From positions 1,888,001 to 1,952,000 of the forward strand of contig OZ244057.1 in NCBI GenBank assembly GCA_965215515.1: 64,000 bases of DNA, written 5' to 3'. The stretch is from Oligoflexales bacterium (GTDB taxonomy: Bacteria; Bdellovibrionota_B; Oligoflexia; Oligoflexales; JAPPIL01). Position numbers and translations under genes: made by a program. Shown here in pieces: positions 21,848-30,700 of this stretch. The notes beneath the pieces were generated by a model. That model was not told the DNA's origin. It saw nothing but the letters and a program-made list of their open reading frames with translations, and searched no databases. The number at the start of each line of letters is the position of its first letter. Positions within the stretch are counted from its first letter, which is position 1.

Positions 21848-22855
21848 CTAGCCTGCGTGGGTGGGGTGAGGTGGCTTCGAGGCGACGAGAGGATGGAAGC
21901 ATGCCACCCTTCGTCCTTCGCCCAGCTCTGTTAGGGGCGGTGTGCTGCGTTCGCACTGGTCGGTGCGAAATGCACAGCGGTTGCTGAAACGGCAGCCGTG
22001 CGGGAAACTGCCGAGCGACGGGACATTGCCAGGGATTGTCGGCAGGCGTTGGCGTGGTTTTTCCTCGCTGGTGATACGGGGCAGTGATGCCAGCAGGCCG
22101 TGGGTATAGGGGTGGGCGGGGGAATCGTAGAGTTGCGCGACGGTGCAGGATTCGACGATACGCCCTGCGTACATGACGTGCACGTAGTCGCACATTTCGA
22201 AGACGACACCGAGATCGTGTGTGATCAAAATCATTGCCATGCCCATAGCGGTCTGCACCTCCCGCAGCAGTTGCATGATTTGTGCCTGAATGGTGACATC
22301 GAGGGCGGTGGTCGGCTCGTCGGCGATCAGCAGGCTGGGGTTGTTGGCGATTGCCATGGCGATCATCACTCGTTGACGCATACCACCTGACAGTTCGTAG
22401 GGATAGTTCTTCAGCAGCAGTTCAGGCTCGGCTAGACCTACTCGCCGTAGCAACTCGATGATGCGTGTCCGTGCCTGTTCCTGCGGCAGTTCGTTGTGGA
22501 AGGCCTCCTGCATCTGTGTGCCGACCGCATAGACAGGGTTAAGTGCGGTCATCGGTTCTTGAAAGATCATGACGACCTCGCGGCCGCGATAACGACGCAG
22601 TTTTTCTGCCCTCAAACTGCGGATGTCTTTGTTTTTAAAGAAAATTTCCCCTCCACTGATTTTCCCCACTGGGTGTGGGATCAGCTGCATTAACGACAAC
22701 GAGGTCACCGATTTGCCGCAGCCCGATTCGCCGACGAGGCCGATACACTGCCCGCGCTGCACTGTGAAGCTGACTTCATCGACGACGTTGACGAATTTTC
22801 CCTCGTGCTGAAAGGCAACCGAGAGGTTTTTCACCTCCAACAACGGCTCGGACAT
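21848..22855 (-). CDS. Oligopeptide ABC transporter ATP-binding protein (OppD/DppD)
   Basis: GESGCGKS, LSGGMRQR, DEPTTALD, HPYT, C-terminal Cys cluster. Start at MSEPLLEV. Confidence 0.95.
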   Translation of the reverse strand: MSEPLLEVKNLSVAFQHEGKFVNVVDEVSFTVQRGQCIGLVGESGCGKSVTSLSLMQLIPHPVGKISGGEIFFKNKDIRSLRAEKLRRYRGREVVMIFQEPMTALNPVYAVGTQMQEAFHNELPQEQARTRIIELLRRVGLAEPELLLKNYPYELSGGMRQRVMIAMAIANNPSLLIADEPTTALDVTIQAQIMQLLREVQTAMGMAMILITHDLGVVFEMCDYVHVMYAGRIVESCTVAQLYDSPAHPYTHGLLASLPRITSEEKPRQRLPTIPGNVPSLGSFPHGCRFSNRCAFRTDQCERSTPPLTELGEGRRVACFHPLVASKPPHPTHAG

Positions 22856-23002
22856 CACAACCACCGCACTGCTATGGACGGGAACATCTACGCCCGCCGC
22901 TTCTAGCACGATCGGCTGTGCTGCAGCAACAAAATTCTGCTTTTACCTCTGCCGTGTCTTTCGGCTACAGTGCGCGGGTGCTAGGGTGTAGGTGTTGCAT
23001 GA

Positions 23003-23416
23003 CGGGTAACGAGCCACGGCCTGACATTACCTAAAGTAGAAATTACCACCGACGCGAAGGTCATCGATGTCGCCAGATGGTCAAGCGTTCAAACTGATTT
23101 GGGAGAAGCATTTAAGCTATTACCAAGTGAATTAAAAAAAAGTGTAGAGCAAAATGAAAATGGTAGCTACAACTTTGCCAATGCTTTGGTAGAGTGGCCT
23201 AAGATAGGCAAAGATAAAGTAGAGGAAGTAGATAAAAGTCTAAAAAAAGAACAAGAAGAGAAAAATGATGACGCAAATTGGAAATTTAATCCTGAAAAAT
23301 TCAACTTGGACAAAGCCAAATTTTATGATAACGGCGACCGTGCAGTTGTGCCAGCCTTTACCCTGCTGTTTAGTGGGGATTTACATGGTGTTCGAGAACC
23401 TGGCGATGGCTATTGA
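23003..23416 (+). pseudogene. AT-rich gene fragment of unknown function
   Basis: Open frame from 23003 with no convincing start; Lys/Glu-rich; compositionally distinct from its flanks. Confidence 0.4.
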
Positions 23417-23773
23417 AACGAACGCACTCTCCATCTGCGGCGAATGCTGCATGCTAACACTAGTATACCCTGTCACCTAGCAACTGAAACTTGTTAACCA
23501 GCAGTCGGTGCACTGACCATAATCTCGCATGCCTTGACGCAGCTGCCGCAGCATATCAGCGCTATGGCGATATAGGTTATGCCGCGGATCACGGCAGTGA
23601 TAACATCACTACTCATCTTCCGTCTCCTGTTGTGCCAACACCGCAGCTTGATCGGCCTTAATCTGCTCTGGGGTAAGGCCTTCCCGCTGCATAATACCTA
23701 ACACTAGTATACCCTGCCACCTAGCAACTGAAACCTATATGTATACCGTTGCCCTTTCTACAGCAGCTGACTA
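23383..23773 (-). CRISPR. Remnant CRISPR array with type II-B-like 37-bp repeat GTTTCAGTTGCTAGGTG(G/A)CAGGGTATACTAGTGTTAG
   Basis: Near-identical 37-bp repeats at 23454-23490 and 23698-23734. A degenerate repeat ends ATTGAAAC at 23419 (34-bp spacer). A 36-bp spacer (23735-23770) is followed by CTA, the first bases of another repeat, cut by an IS5 end. The middle spacer is 207 bp. Resembles the Francisella II-B repeat as I recall it. Confidence 0.75.
23494..23616 (-). CDS. 40-aa small hydrophobic/Cys-rich ORF inside the giant spacer
   Basis: MSSDVITAVIRGITYIAIALICCGSCVKACEIMVSAPTAG with AGGAG SD; overlaps the stop of an upstream acidic ORF (ATGAGTAG). Confidence 0.45.
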   Translation of the reverse strand: MSSDVITAVIRGITYIAIALICCGSCVKACEIMVSAPTAG

Positions 23774-23981
23774 GGGTGTGTCGCCGTTTCGTTTAATAAT
23801 TTTTTGTGTGTGCTAATCACTTGTAATTAGTAGGGCAAACCTGCATCATATGGAAATATATGACAATAATTTCCAGGGGTTTACCCATGAGAGGCATTAT
23901 ACTCGCAGATGAACAATGGTCAATACTTAAAAACAAACTGTTGGAGGCGGGTGTGTATCGCAAGAAGAGGCTGCATCTGAA
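23774..23981 (+). mobile_element. IS5-family (IS427-like) left-end fragment
   Basis: TA|GGGTGTGTC end; ORF from 23887 MRGIILADEQWSILKNKLLEAGVYRKKRL resembles IS5 transposase N-termini, then joins cas6e sequence. Confidence 0.65.
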
Positions 23982-24374
23982 CGAGCTAATCCTGTTGTTT
24001 GTGTGAAGGACGCACAAGGCAGAAGAAAGGTTTGTGATGTTGTAATGCACAAGAAAACGTTAATTGGCTATAAGAGCTTATCTTTCAGTGAGCGACCAGC
24101 TTTGCCATCGTTAGTGCAAGAAAGTTGTGTGCAGTGGTTAGATGAGCGTGCAGCCAAGCATGGCTTTAGGCTGGCAAGCAGTACGGTTAGGGCTGATGGT
24201 TATCGTGAACATGTCAATCATGCGTTGAGAGGTAAGGCAATTAGGTTTCGTTCGGTTGATTTTGAGGGTGTGCTGACTGTCACTGATCCGAAACTTTTTG
24301 AGTATGTTTTGTTAAATGGTATTGGCAAGAGTAAAGCGTTTGGCTGTGGTTTATTTTTAATTAAGAGAATTTAG
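23982..24374 (+). pseudogene. cas6e: Type I-E Cas6e/CasE, 5'-truncated
   Basis: Begins abruptly at RANPVV; VDFEGVLTV and Gly-rich GIGKSKAFGCGL C-terminus; in-frame stop at 23928 upstream. Confidence 0.9.
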
Positions 24375-24377
24375 CAA

Positions 24378-25304
24378 ATGACTGATGCACCTTATTCGCC
24401 ATTGAAACCTTTACCGATGAAGAATCGGGTGTCGATGATTTTTTTGGAGTATGGCTTAATTGATGTCAAGGACGGTGCGTTTGTTTTCATTGACAAGGCG
24501 GGGGTACGCACGCATATCCCTGTCGGCTCGGTTGCGTGTATCATGCTTGAGCCAGGTACGCGGGTATCGCATGCGGCGGTTAAGTTAGCAGCTGAGGTAG
24601 GCACATTGTTGGTATGGGTTGGTGAGGCGGGGGTGCGCTTGTATTCATCGGGGCAGCCAGGCGGGGCGCGTGCGGATCGTTTGTTGTATCAAGCACAGTT
24701 AGCATTGGATGATGATTTGCGTTTGAAGGTGGTACGCAAGATGTATGCACTACGTTTTGGTGAGCCAGCACCGTTGAAGAGGAGTGTGCAACAGTTGCGT
24801 GGCATTGAGGGGGCAAGGGTTAAGAAGATTTATGATTTGTTAGCCAAGCGTTATCGGGTTAAGTGGCAGCGACGCAGTTATGATCCTGACAATTGGGAAA
24901 CAGGCGATGTGGCTAATCGTTGTTTGAGTGCGGCAACGGCATGTCTGTATGGCATAACAGAAGCAGCGGTGTTGGCAGCGGGGTATGCACCTTCGGTTGG
25001 TTTTATTCACTGGGGTAAGGCATTGTCTTTTGTATATGACATTGCCGATATTTTTAAATTTGATACGGTTGTGCCACTTGCGTTTAAGATTGCAGCGAGA
25101 GAACCATCACAGCCCGATCGTGAGGTGAGGATTGCTTGTCGTGATGCATTTCGTGAGCACAAGACATTGGCAAAGATTATTCCTACTATTGATGAAGTGT
25201 TGCAAGCTGGAGAAATTAAACCACCACAGATGCCAGCAGAATCAATTCCACCCGCGATACCTGAGGCAGAGAGTTTGGGAGAAGCTGGACACAGGAACAA
25301 GTGA
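24378..25304 (+). CDS. cas1: Type I-E Cas1
   Basis: IPVGSVACIMLEPGTRVSHAAV, WVGEAGVRLY, LRGIEGARV, FVYDIADIFK. Confidence 0.98.
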   Translation: MTDAPYSPLKPLPMKNRVSMIFLEYGLIDVKDGAFVFIDKAGVRTHIPVGSVACIMLEPGTRVSHAAVKLAAEVGTLLVWVGEAGVRLYSSGQPGGARADRLLYQAQLALDDDLRLKVVRKMYALRFGEPAPLKRSVQQLRGIEGARVKKIYDLLAKRYRVKWQRRSYDPDNWETGDVANRCLSAATACLYGITEAAVLAAGYAPSVGFIHWGKALSFVYDIADIFKFDTVVPLAFKIAAREPSQPDREVRIACRDAFREHKTLAKIIPTIDEVLQAGEIKPPQMPAESIPPAIPEAESLGEAGHRNK

Positions 25305-25606
25305 TGTCACTGTTGGCTGTTATCACTGAAGATGTGCCACCTCGTTTGCGGGGGCGTTTAGCTGTGTGGTTGTTGCAAGTGCGGGCGGGTGTGTATGTGG
25401 GTGATGTTTCACGGCGTATACGAGAGATGATTTGGGAACATTGCTGTGTTTTTTGTGATAAAGGCAATATTGCTATGATTTGGGCAACAAGCACCGAATA
25501 TGGTTTTGATTTTCAAACGATGGGCACAAACCGCAGAATACCAGTTGATTTAGGTGGCTTGCGATTGGTTTCTTTCCTGCTCGTCGAGCAGGAGCAGGAC
25601 GGTTGA
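25301..25606 (+). CDS. cas2: Type I-E Cas2
   Basis: VPPRLRGRLAVWLLQVRAGVYVG, GFDFQT.G.NRRIPVD. Confidence 0.97.
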   Translation: MMSLLAVITEDVPPRLRGRLAVWLLQVRAGVYVGDVSRRIREMIWEHCCVFCDKGNIAMIWATSTEYGFDFQTMGTNRRIPVDLGGLRLVSFLLVEQEQDG

Positions 25607-25688
25607 TTGTGGTGCATAGTCTGTGAATTTTTTCGGTAGAATTTTCTTGTTGCAAAATTTTCTGAAAATTTAATAGGTTACAGGAAGT
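25607..25688 (+). promoter_or_regulatory. CRISPR leader
   Basis: AT-rich stretch between cas2 and the first repeat, with a CGGTAGA motif. Confidence 0.75.
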
Positions 25689-25789
25689 GTGTTCCCCGCA
25701 TGTGCGGGGCTGAACCGTTTAGTAACCAGCGACCACTACGTTTGTTATCGTGTTCCCCGCATGTGCGGGGCTGAACCGTACTGCAGACT
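25689..25789 (+). CRISPR. Type I-E array, truncated: two 29-bp repeats GTGTTCCCCGCATGTGCGGGGCTGAACCG
   Basis: Identical repeats at 25689-25717 and 25750-25778, a 32-bp spacer, then an 11-bp partial spacer cut by an IS end. Confidence 0.95.
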
Positions 25790-26569
25790 TGGAGTTGCCC
25801 CCGTAGAGCGGACAGTCTACCCAGCCTGTTGAAACTCCATATACATCCTAGGTGACATCATGCCAAGTGCTTTGTGTGGTGCAACGTTGTTGTATTCATC
25901 AAACCAGACATGCAATTTTTGCTCAACCACATCTGCTGAACTCAAGTCACTGACATAGGCATAGTCTCGTTTAAAAGTTTTCACGAACGCCTCCGCCATA
26001 CCATTGCTTGCGGGGCTGTATGGTCTCGTAGTACAAACATCAAAGCCCAGATACTTGGCAAACGTTGTCGTCTGCCTAGCAACGTAACAGGGGCCATTAT
26101 CCGATAGCCACTGTATTCTGTGCGGCAATTCATCGCCAAAACGTGCACCTACACAGTCAACCATCAAGTCTCTAACGAGACCACCATCAACGCCGCATGT
26201 CGAGCACGCCCAGCTGATTACCTCACGATCGTGGCAATCCATGGCAAACACAACCTCGAGACACTCCCCGTTATCGCACTGGATTCTGAAAGTATCCGAA
26301 CACCATCGAGTGTTGCTCCTCAACGTGGCCACCTTACCTTCGTGAACCCTTGTTGGCCTCGACGCATGCCTTCTCAACAGAAGATTATTGCGCTTCATGA
26401 TCCTGTAAACACGTTTATGATTGACCGCTGAAACAGCAAGGTCTCGTCGCAGCATGGCAGTCACCCGACGATACCCATAGGTGACCTTCGTGCGGATGAT
26501 CGCTAAAATACGCCGCAGAACGCTGCTGTCGCTCTTTTTCTGCCGCGAGAGCCTCTCCGAGTTACCCCT
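25790..26569 (-). mobile_element. IS3-family (IS2-like) element, right portion only
   Basis: Terminal IR TGGAGTTGCCCCCGTAGAGCGGACA at 25790; OrfB with YGYRRV, WCSD, SDNG, SNGMAEAFVKTFK; orfA missing. Confidence 0.9.
25817..26569 (-). pseudogene. IS3-family transposase OrfB (integrase core), 5'-truncated
   Basis: DDE rve motifs; the frame continues upstream of the tracked start to the 26569 junction. Confidence 0.88.
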
Positions 26570-26683
26570 TGTAGATGCCCCCGTAAAGAGCGGACACCCT
26601 ATCGGCTTCTAACAATCACGTAGAGGAGTTCAGTTACGGTTAGTGATCGTTTCGTAAGTTCGGAAGCACCTGATAGAGAGAAG
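26570..26683 (+). mobile_element. Isolated left end of the same IS3-family element
   Basis: TGTAGATGCCCCCGTAAAGAGCGGACA matches the 25790 IR in the same strand orientation; followed by GAGGAG SD and ACG (possibly a mutated start). Confidence 0.6.
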
Positions 26684-26695
26684 GCGGGGGCATAG

Positions 26696-27784
26696 TCACT
26701 CCTCTTTTTTCAGTTCGCCCCAGGTGGTGGTTTGTTTGCCCTTTGCTGCGACAGGCATAGCCTTGGGGTGGGCGGCGATGAGCTGCGCGAGCTCGTCGTG
26801 ACCGAGTTCTTTCGCCAACTGCACAGGTGTTTTTCCCTCCCCGTCGGTCAAGAAGGGTTTGATGTCTTTGTGCCTGAGCAGTAACTGCACTACCCGTCGG
26901 TAGTTGTACGATACTGCGTAGTGTAGTGCAGTCATCCCTTTCGCATCACGGGCATTGACATCAAGATGCTCATCATCTTCGATAATAAATATCGCATCAA
27001 TTTCTGACGAGTGCTTGAGTCCGAAGATCAGGGGGTGCTTAGGGCGGCAGCCGAGTGGCACATGTTCTAGTTCGTAATCGTCGAAAAAACAGTCATCGCT
27101 CGGCAACCCCTCGTACTTCCTCTTGTAGAGCCAGATGACACCATTCTTGTCGTCTCTACCGATCATTGTGCCACCCTTATGTCCTATAGAGACCCCCGAC
27201 ATGATGGAAGTCGGCTGCGTACCTTTGGTGCTATTCTTACCACCCTTGTCCAGCTGCGGGTCACCCCATTCTTCAAAAAAAAGATAGGTGTCCGCCAAGC
27301 CAAAAGCGTGCCCCATTTCATGGACAAGAACAGGCACAAAGCCGCGGCGATCGACATTTGTGCCGTGACGCATATTGATCAGCGGTGGCTTGCCTGGACG
27401 CGCAGTCGAGTTCTCCAAATCACAATAAAAAACAACGTGAAGGTCGCTATTGTCCCCCGCTGCCCCCAACAAGTAGCGGAAATCAGCGACAATTTTTCCT
27501 TTTTTCTTCCCGTATTCTCGCAGCGGTTGCAACCACATCTGTAGCACGGCGGTGATTTCTGCGGTCAAGGCATCATCGTTGTTGCGCTGCTCAGCTGCAC
27601 AGTCTGCACCATAACTGTAGCTGATGTTCCAATGGAGTTTGTGTACGATATCGATCAAACTGTGTGGCTGACGGCCGTTCCACTGATGCTCCCATGCGAT
27701 GAACTTCTTGTCCGCGGGAGGCGAACGGAGAAGACAAGCGGCGAACAACACAAAAGAGCTGAAAATTGCCAGCAGTTTCATCAT
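26696..27784 (-). CDS. Lipoprotein: metzincin-like Zn protease + ankyrin repeat + TTTWGELK tail (copy A)
   Basis: FAAC lipobox, HEMGHAFGLAD, SIMS Met-turn, GMTALHYAV and GKTPVQLA ankyrin motifs; AAGGAG SD. Confidence 0.85.
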   Translation of the reverse strand: MMKLLAIFSSFVLFAACLLRSPPADKKFIAWEHQWNGRQPHSLIDIVHKLHWNISYSYGADCAAEQRNNDDALTAEITAVLQMWLQPLREYGKKKGKIVADFRYLLGAAGDNSDLHVVFYCDLENSTARPGKPPLINMRHGTNVDRRGFVPVLVHEMGHAFGLADTYLFFEEWGDPQLDKGGKNSTKGTQPTSIMSGVSIGHKGGTMIGRDDKNGVIWLYKRKYEGLPSDDCFFDDYELEHVPLGCRPKHPLIFGLKHSSEIDAIFIIEDDEHLDVNARDAKGMTALHYAVSYNYRRVVQLLLRHKDIKPFLTDGEGKTPVQLAKELGHDELAQLIAAHPKAMPVAAKGKQTTTWGELKKEE

Positions 27785-27797
27785 GGTTCTCCTTGTA

Positions 27798-30700
27798 TTA
27801 CTGCTTAAAATAAAGAAGTGGAGCAACGTCGCAGCAGGCGTCGTTCGATGCGCCGCATGCCGTTCCCTCGTGTTCTAGGCATTCATCAGACATGTATACT
27901 TGGTCAAGTTCGGTCTTGATATCTGTTACGAAAGTCCTAACACTCTTATCATCTGCTGCTGTATTCAGCAAACTGTTCCCAATCCTATCGAAACACGCAC
28001 ATTCGTCTCCTTCTGTCAGTGCAGCACCTAGATTAGATCCGAGACATCTAATTCCATTTTTTGCGTTTATTATCATATCTGCTCTTGGGCATTTCTGATT
28101 GCCAGTGCAATTTGATATTCCATCACCCTCACCACCCTCACCACCATTCACACGAGCTTTGTAATAGGCGTCGACGATACAGCCTTTGTAGAGCCGTGTT
28201 ACGGACGGTGGTGGGAGAGTCGGCGCTGTGCAGGTGCAGGTGTGACCGTAGGGAGGTGGCGGCGGTGGTACTGCTGTCTGAGGCGAAAATGTGTGATTAG
28301 GCCCCTGACCACCACAGTGTGTTTTTGCAGATGTGAGCAGAATTTGGTACCCGCTGCCGTCTCCTAATGGCTTTGTGCCGCCGTCTAAGGTATATGTTGT
28401 GCACGTTTCCAGACAGTAGCAAGTGCGAATACTGCCCGCGGTGGTAGAACGGAAAATGCCACCTGCTCCCTCACAGCTACTCTCCGCATCACCGACAGTA
28501 CTGCCCACCCCATAATCCTGATCACAGACATCTGTTGGTGGAGGTATAGTAGCCGATGGGTACGTGCAGGTGCAAGCGCGTTTTAGTGTTTTGTTATCAG
28601 TCATGTATTGAGTAGTTCCATTAAATGTGTTCTTTTCATCACCACTTACATTGCTGTCTGACGTAGTGCCTTTACATACTGCATACGCAGCATCAACAGT
28701 CATGGGCAGATGCTGCCCGTGACTAACAGTATTTCCGTTCTCGTCCGTTACCCTAAGGCTGGCACATTGTGCTGCGCAGGTACATGCAGCGCCCGTCGAT
28801 GAGAAGTAACCCCCTCTAGTACTTTCACAGTGACTCGTTACCTCCGCAACTTCAGTATTTTTGGCGGGAACATCGCCTCCACTATAATCAGCTGGGTAGC
28901 TAACGCTATCACAGACAGGATCAGGCGGTGTCTCTGGCGGTGTCGGTGTCGGTGTCTCTGGCGGTGTCGGTGTCTCTGGCAGTGTCTCTGGCAGTGTCTC
29001 TGGAGGTAGAGAGCCGCTGTATTTGCAACTCCCCGTACACGTATCAGTGTCGAAACTCCAGCTCATACTAGCCCCGCTGCAGGTGCAGCCGCCACTGCCC
29101 CAAGCGCCGCTAGCTTTGGTGCATGCAGTTTTCTCAGCATCGGAAAGACACACGCACTCGCCTGTAGAACCAACCCCGAACACAGACAGCGCCTTGTTGA
29201 GCAGGCTGAGTGAAGTAAGAGCAGAGAAGTTCCATACCTTCTTGGGATCAGAGCAAGTGCACTTGCACCTATTATCGTTCCAGGTTGCCTCACTCACGTT
29301 GCCGCATGCGTTTTTCTCATTACCAGTACTATCAGGGCACTGACACATACAAGTATTCGGATTGTATACTCTGTTCACGTATGTCGTCCCATCGCTGCTG
29401 TTGCAATTGCAGCCACTACCATATGTAGCCCTTTCCTGACAGCTGCCGCCCGTCGTCCCATCCAAACAGGCACTCTCACACTCTCCCACTTGCACCGCCT
29501 GCCCTCCCGAGCATTCTTCTTCAGTTTCAGTAATGGGTTCTGTTGGCTGTTCTGGTGTCTCAGGATCAGGGTCTTCTGCCTCCTTGCAGCAGCCAGCACC
29601 TGAGGAATTGGTTGCCTCACCCGTCCACGTGCCACCGAGGAGTGTGCAGGCAGATTTCTCTATAGCCGCTACCACTCTGAGCGGCGTGGCAGGGTCGCTA
29701 TCATGATCCCAGCAACACTGCGTTACTATGTTGCATTCAGTTTCTGTTGGCTCACAACCAGTACATCCCTTAGTTTCGGTAGCAAGGCACTCACTAATAA
29801 CCCCCACGCCTTCAGAGCAAGGATCGGCACTACTGACACCAGCACAGGGATCACTGCAGGTTCTGCTGCGCATTTCGTAGCAGTACATAGGATCACTCGA
29901 ATCTGTTACAAAAGCATTTCTTGCACAGGCACTCCATTCACCCCAGTCCCGACAATTGGCAGCACAATTGACTGGTTTCTCGCCGCAGACAACTCGGCTA
30001 AATTCAGTATGCTCATCGGGACAACTGAAGCCATCTTGACAGCCATTTGGGTTATTTGGATGTGGTTCCCAATCTGCAGTAGCATTCCCTGTTTGCGTTA
30101 CCTCCTTACAGGTGTAATCTTCACTGAGAGGATTCCAAGTTATCTCGGCACTCATCACCTTGCACACACAAATACATTCAGTCCTGGTGTCACCTTCTCT
30201 GCACGGACATTCGGTGGTAGTGCACTCAGCGATAGGCTTTAATCCTTCTTTAGTGCGGATAATGATGGTTTCTGTCTCTTCTGGGCATGTTGTTCCTGGT
30301 GGGAGAGTACCAATAGGTGTGCAAGTGATAGTGGTAGTTTTTGTCTCCGTGTAATTTTTGCATGCACATACGTCTGCTGGCTTTTCTGCTGCTATCCATC
30401 CCCCTTCACTACTCACGCAATCACACCGCCATGGTGGTGTTGGTGGCGTTGGCGTTGGCGTTGGCGTTGGCGTTGGCGTTGGCGTTGGTGTTATGCAAAC
30501 CTTCGTCCCTATAACTGTTACCCGCCTATTTCGTGCCTCTCTTGGACAGGGAGGCCATCCTCTACAGGTTCTCGTCTGTGGTTCATATTCATATCTCGAT
30601 TCGCCCTCACAGGCGTTGGGATCTGTCCTACTATCACTCACCGCAGGCTGCCAAGGAGTACATCCGCATCTCCTACAGCAGCCCTTATTAGGGGCACTAT

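Noticed and set aside
23003..23416. Cas9 fragment
   Set aside because: No RuvC/HNH or other Cas9 motif recognisable by eye.
25718..25749. Self-targeting spacer
   Set aside because: No match noticed elsewhere in the window by eye; a full alignment is needed to exclude it.
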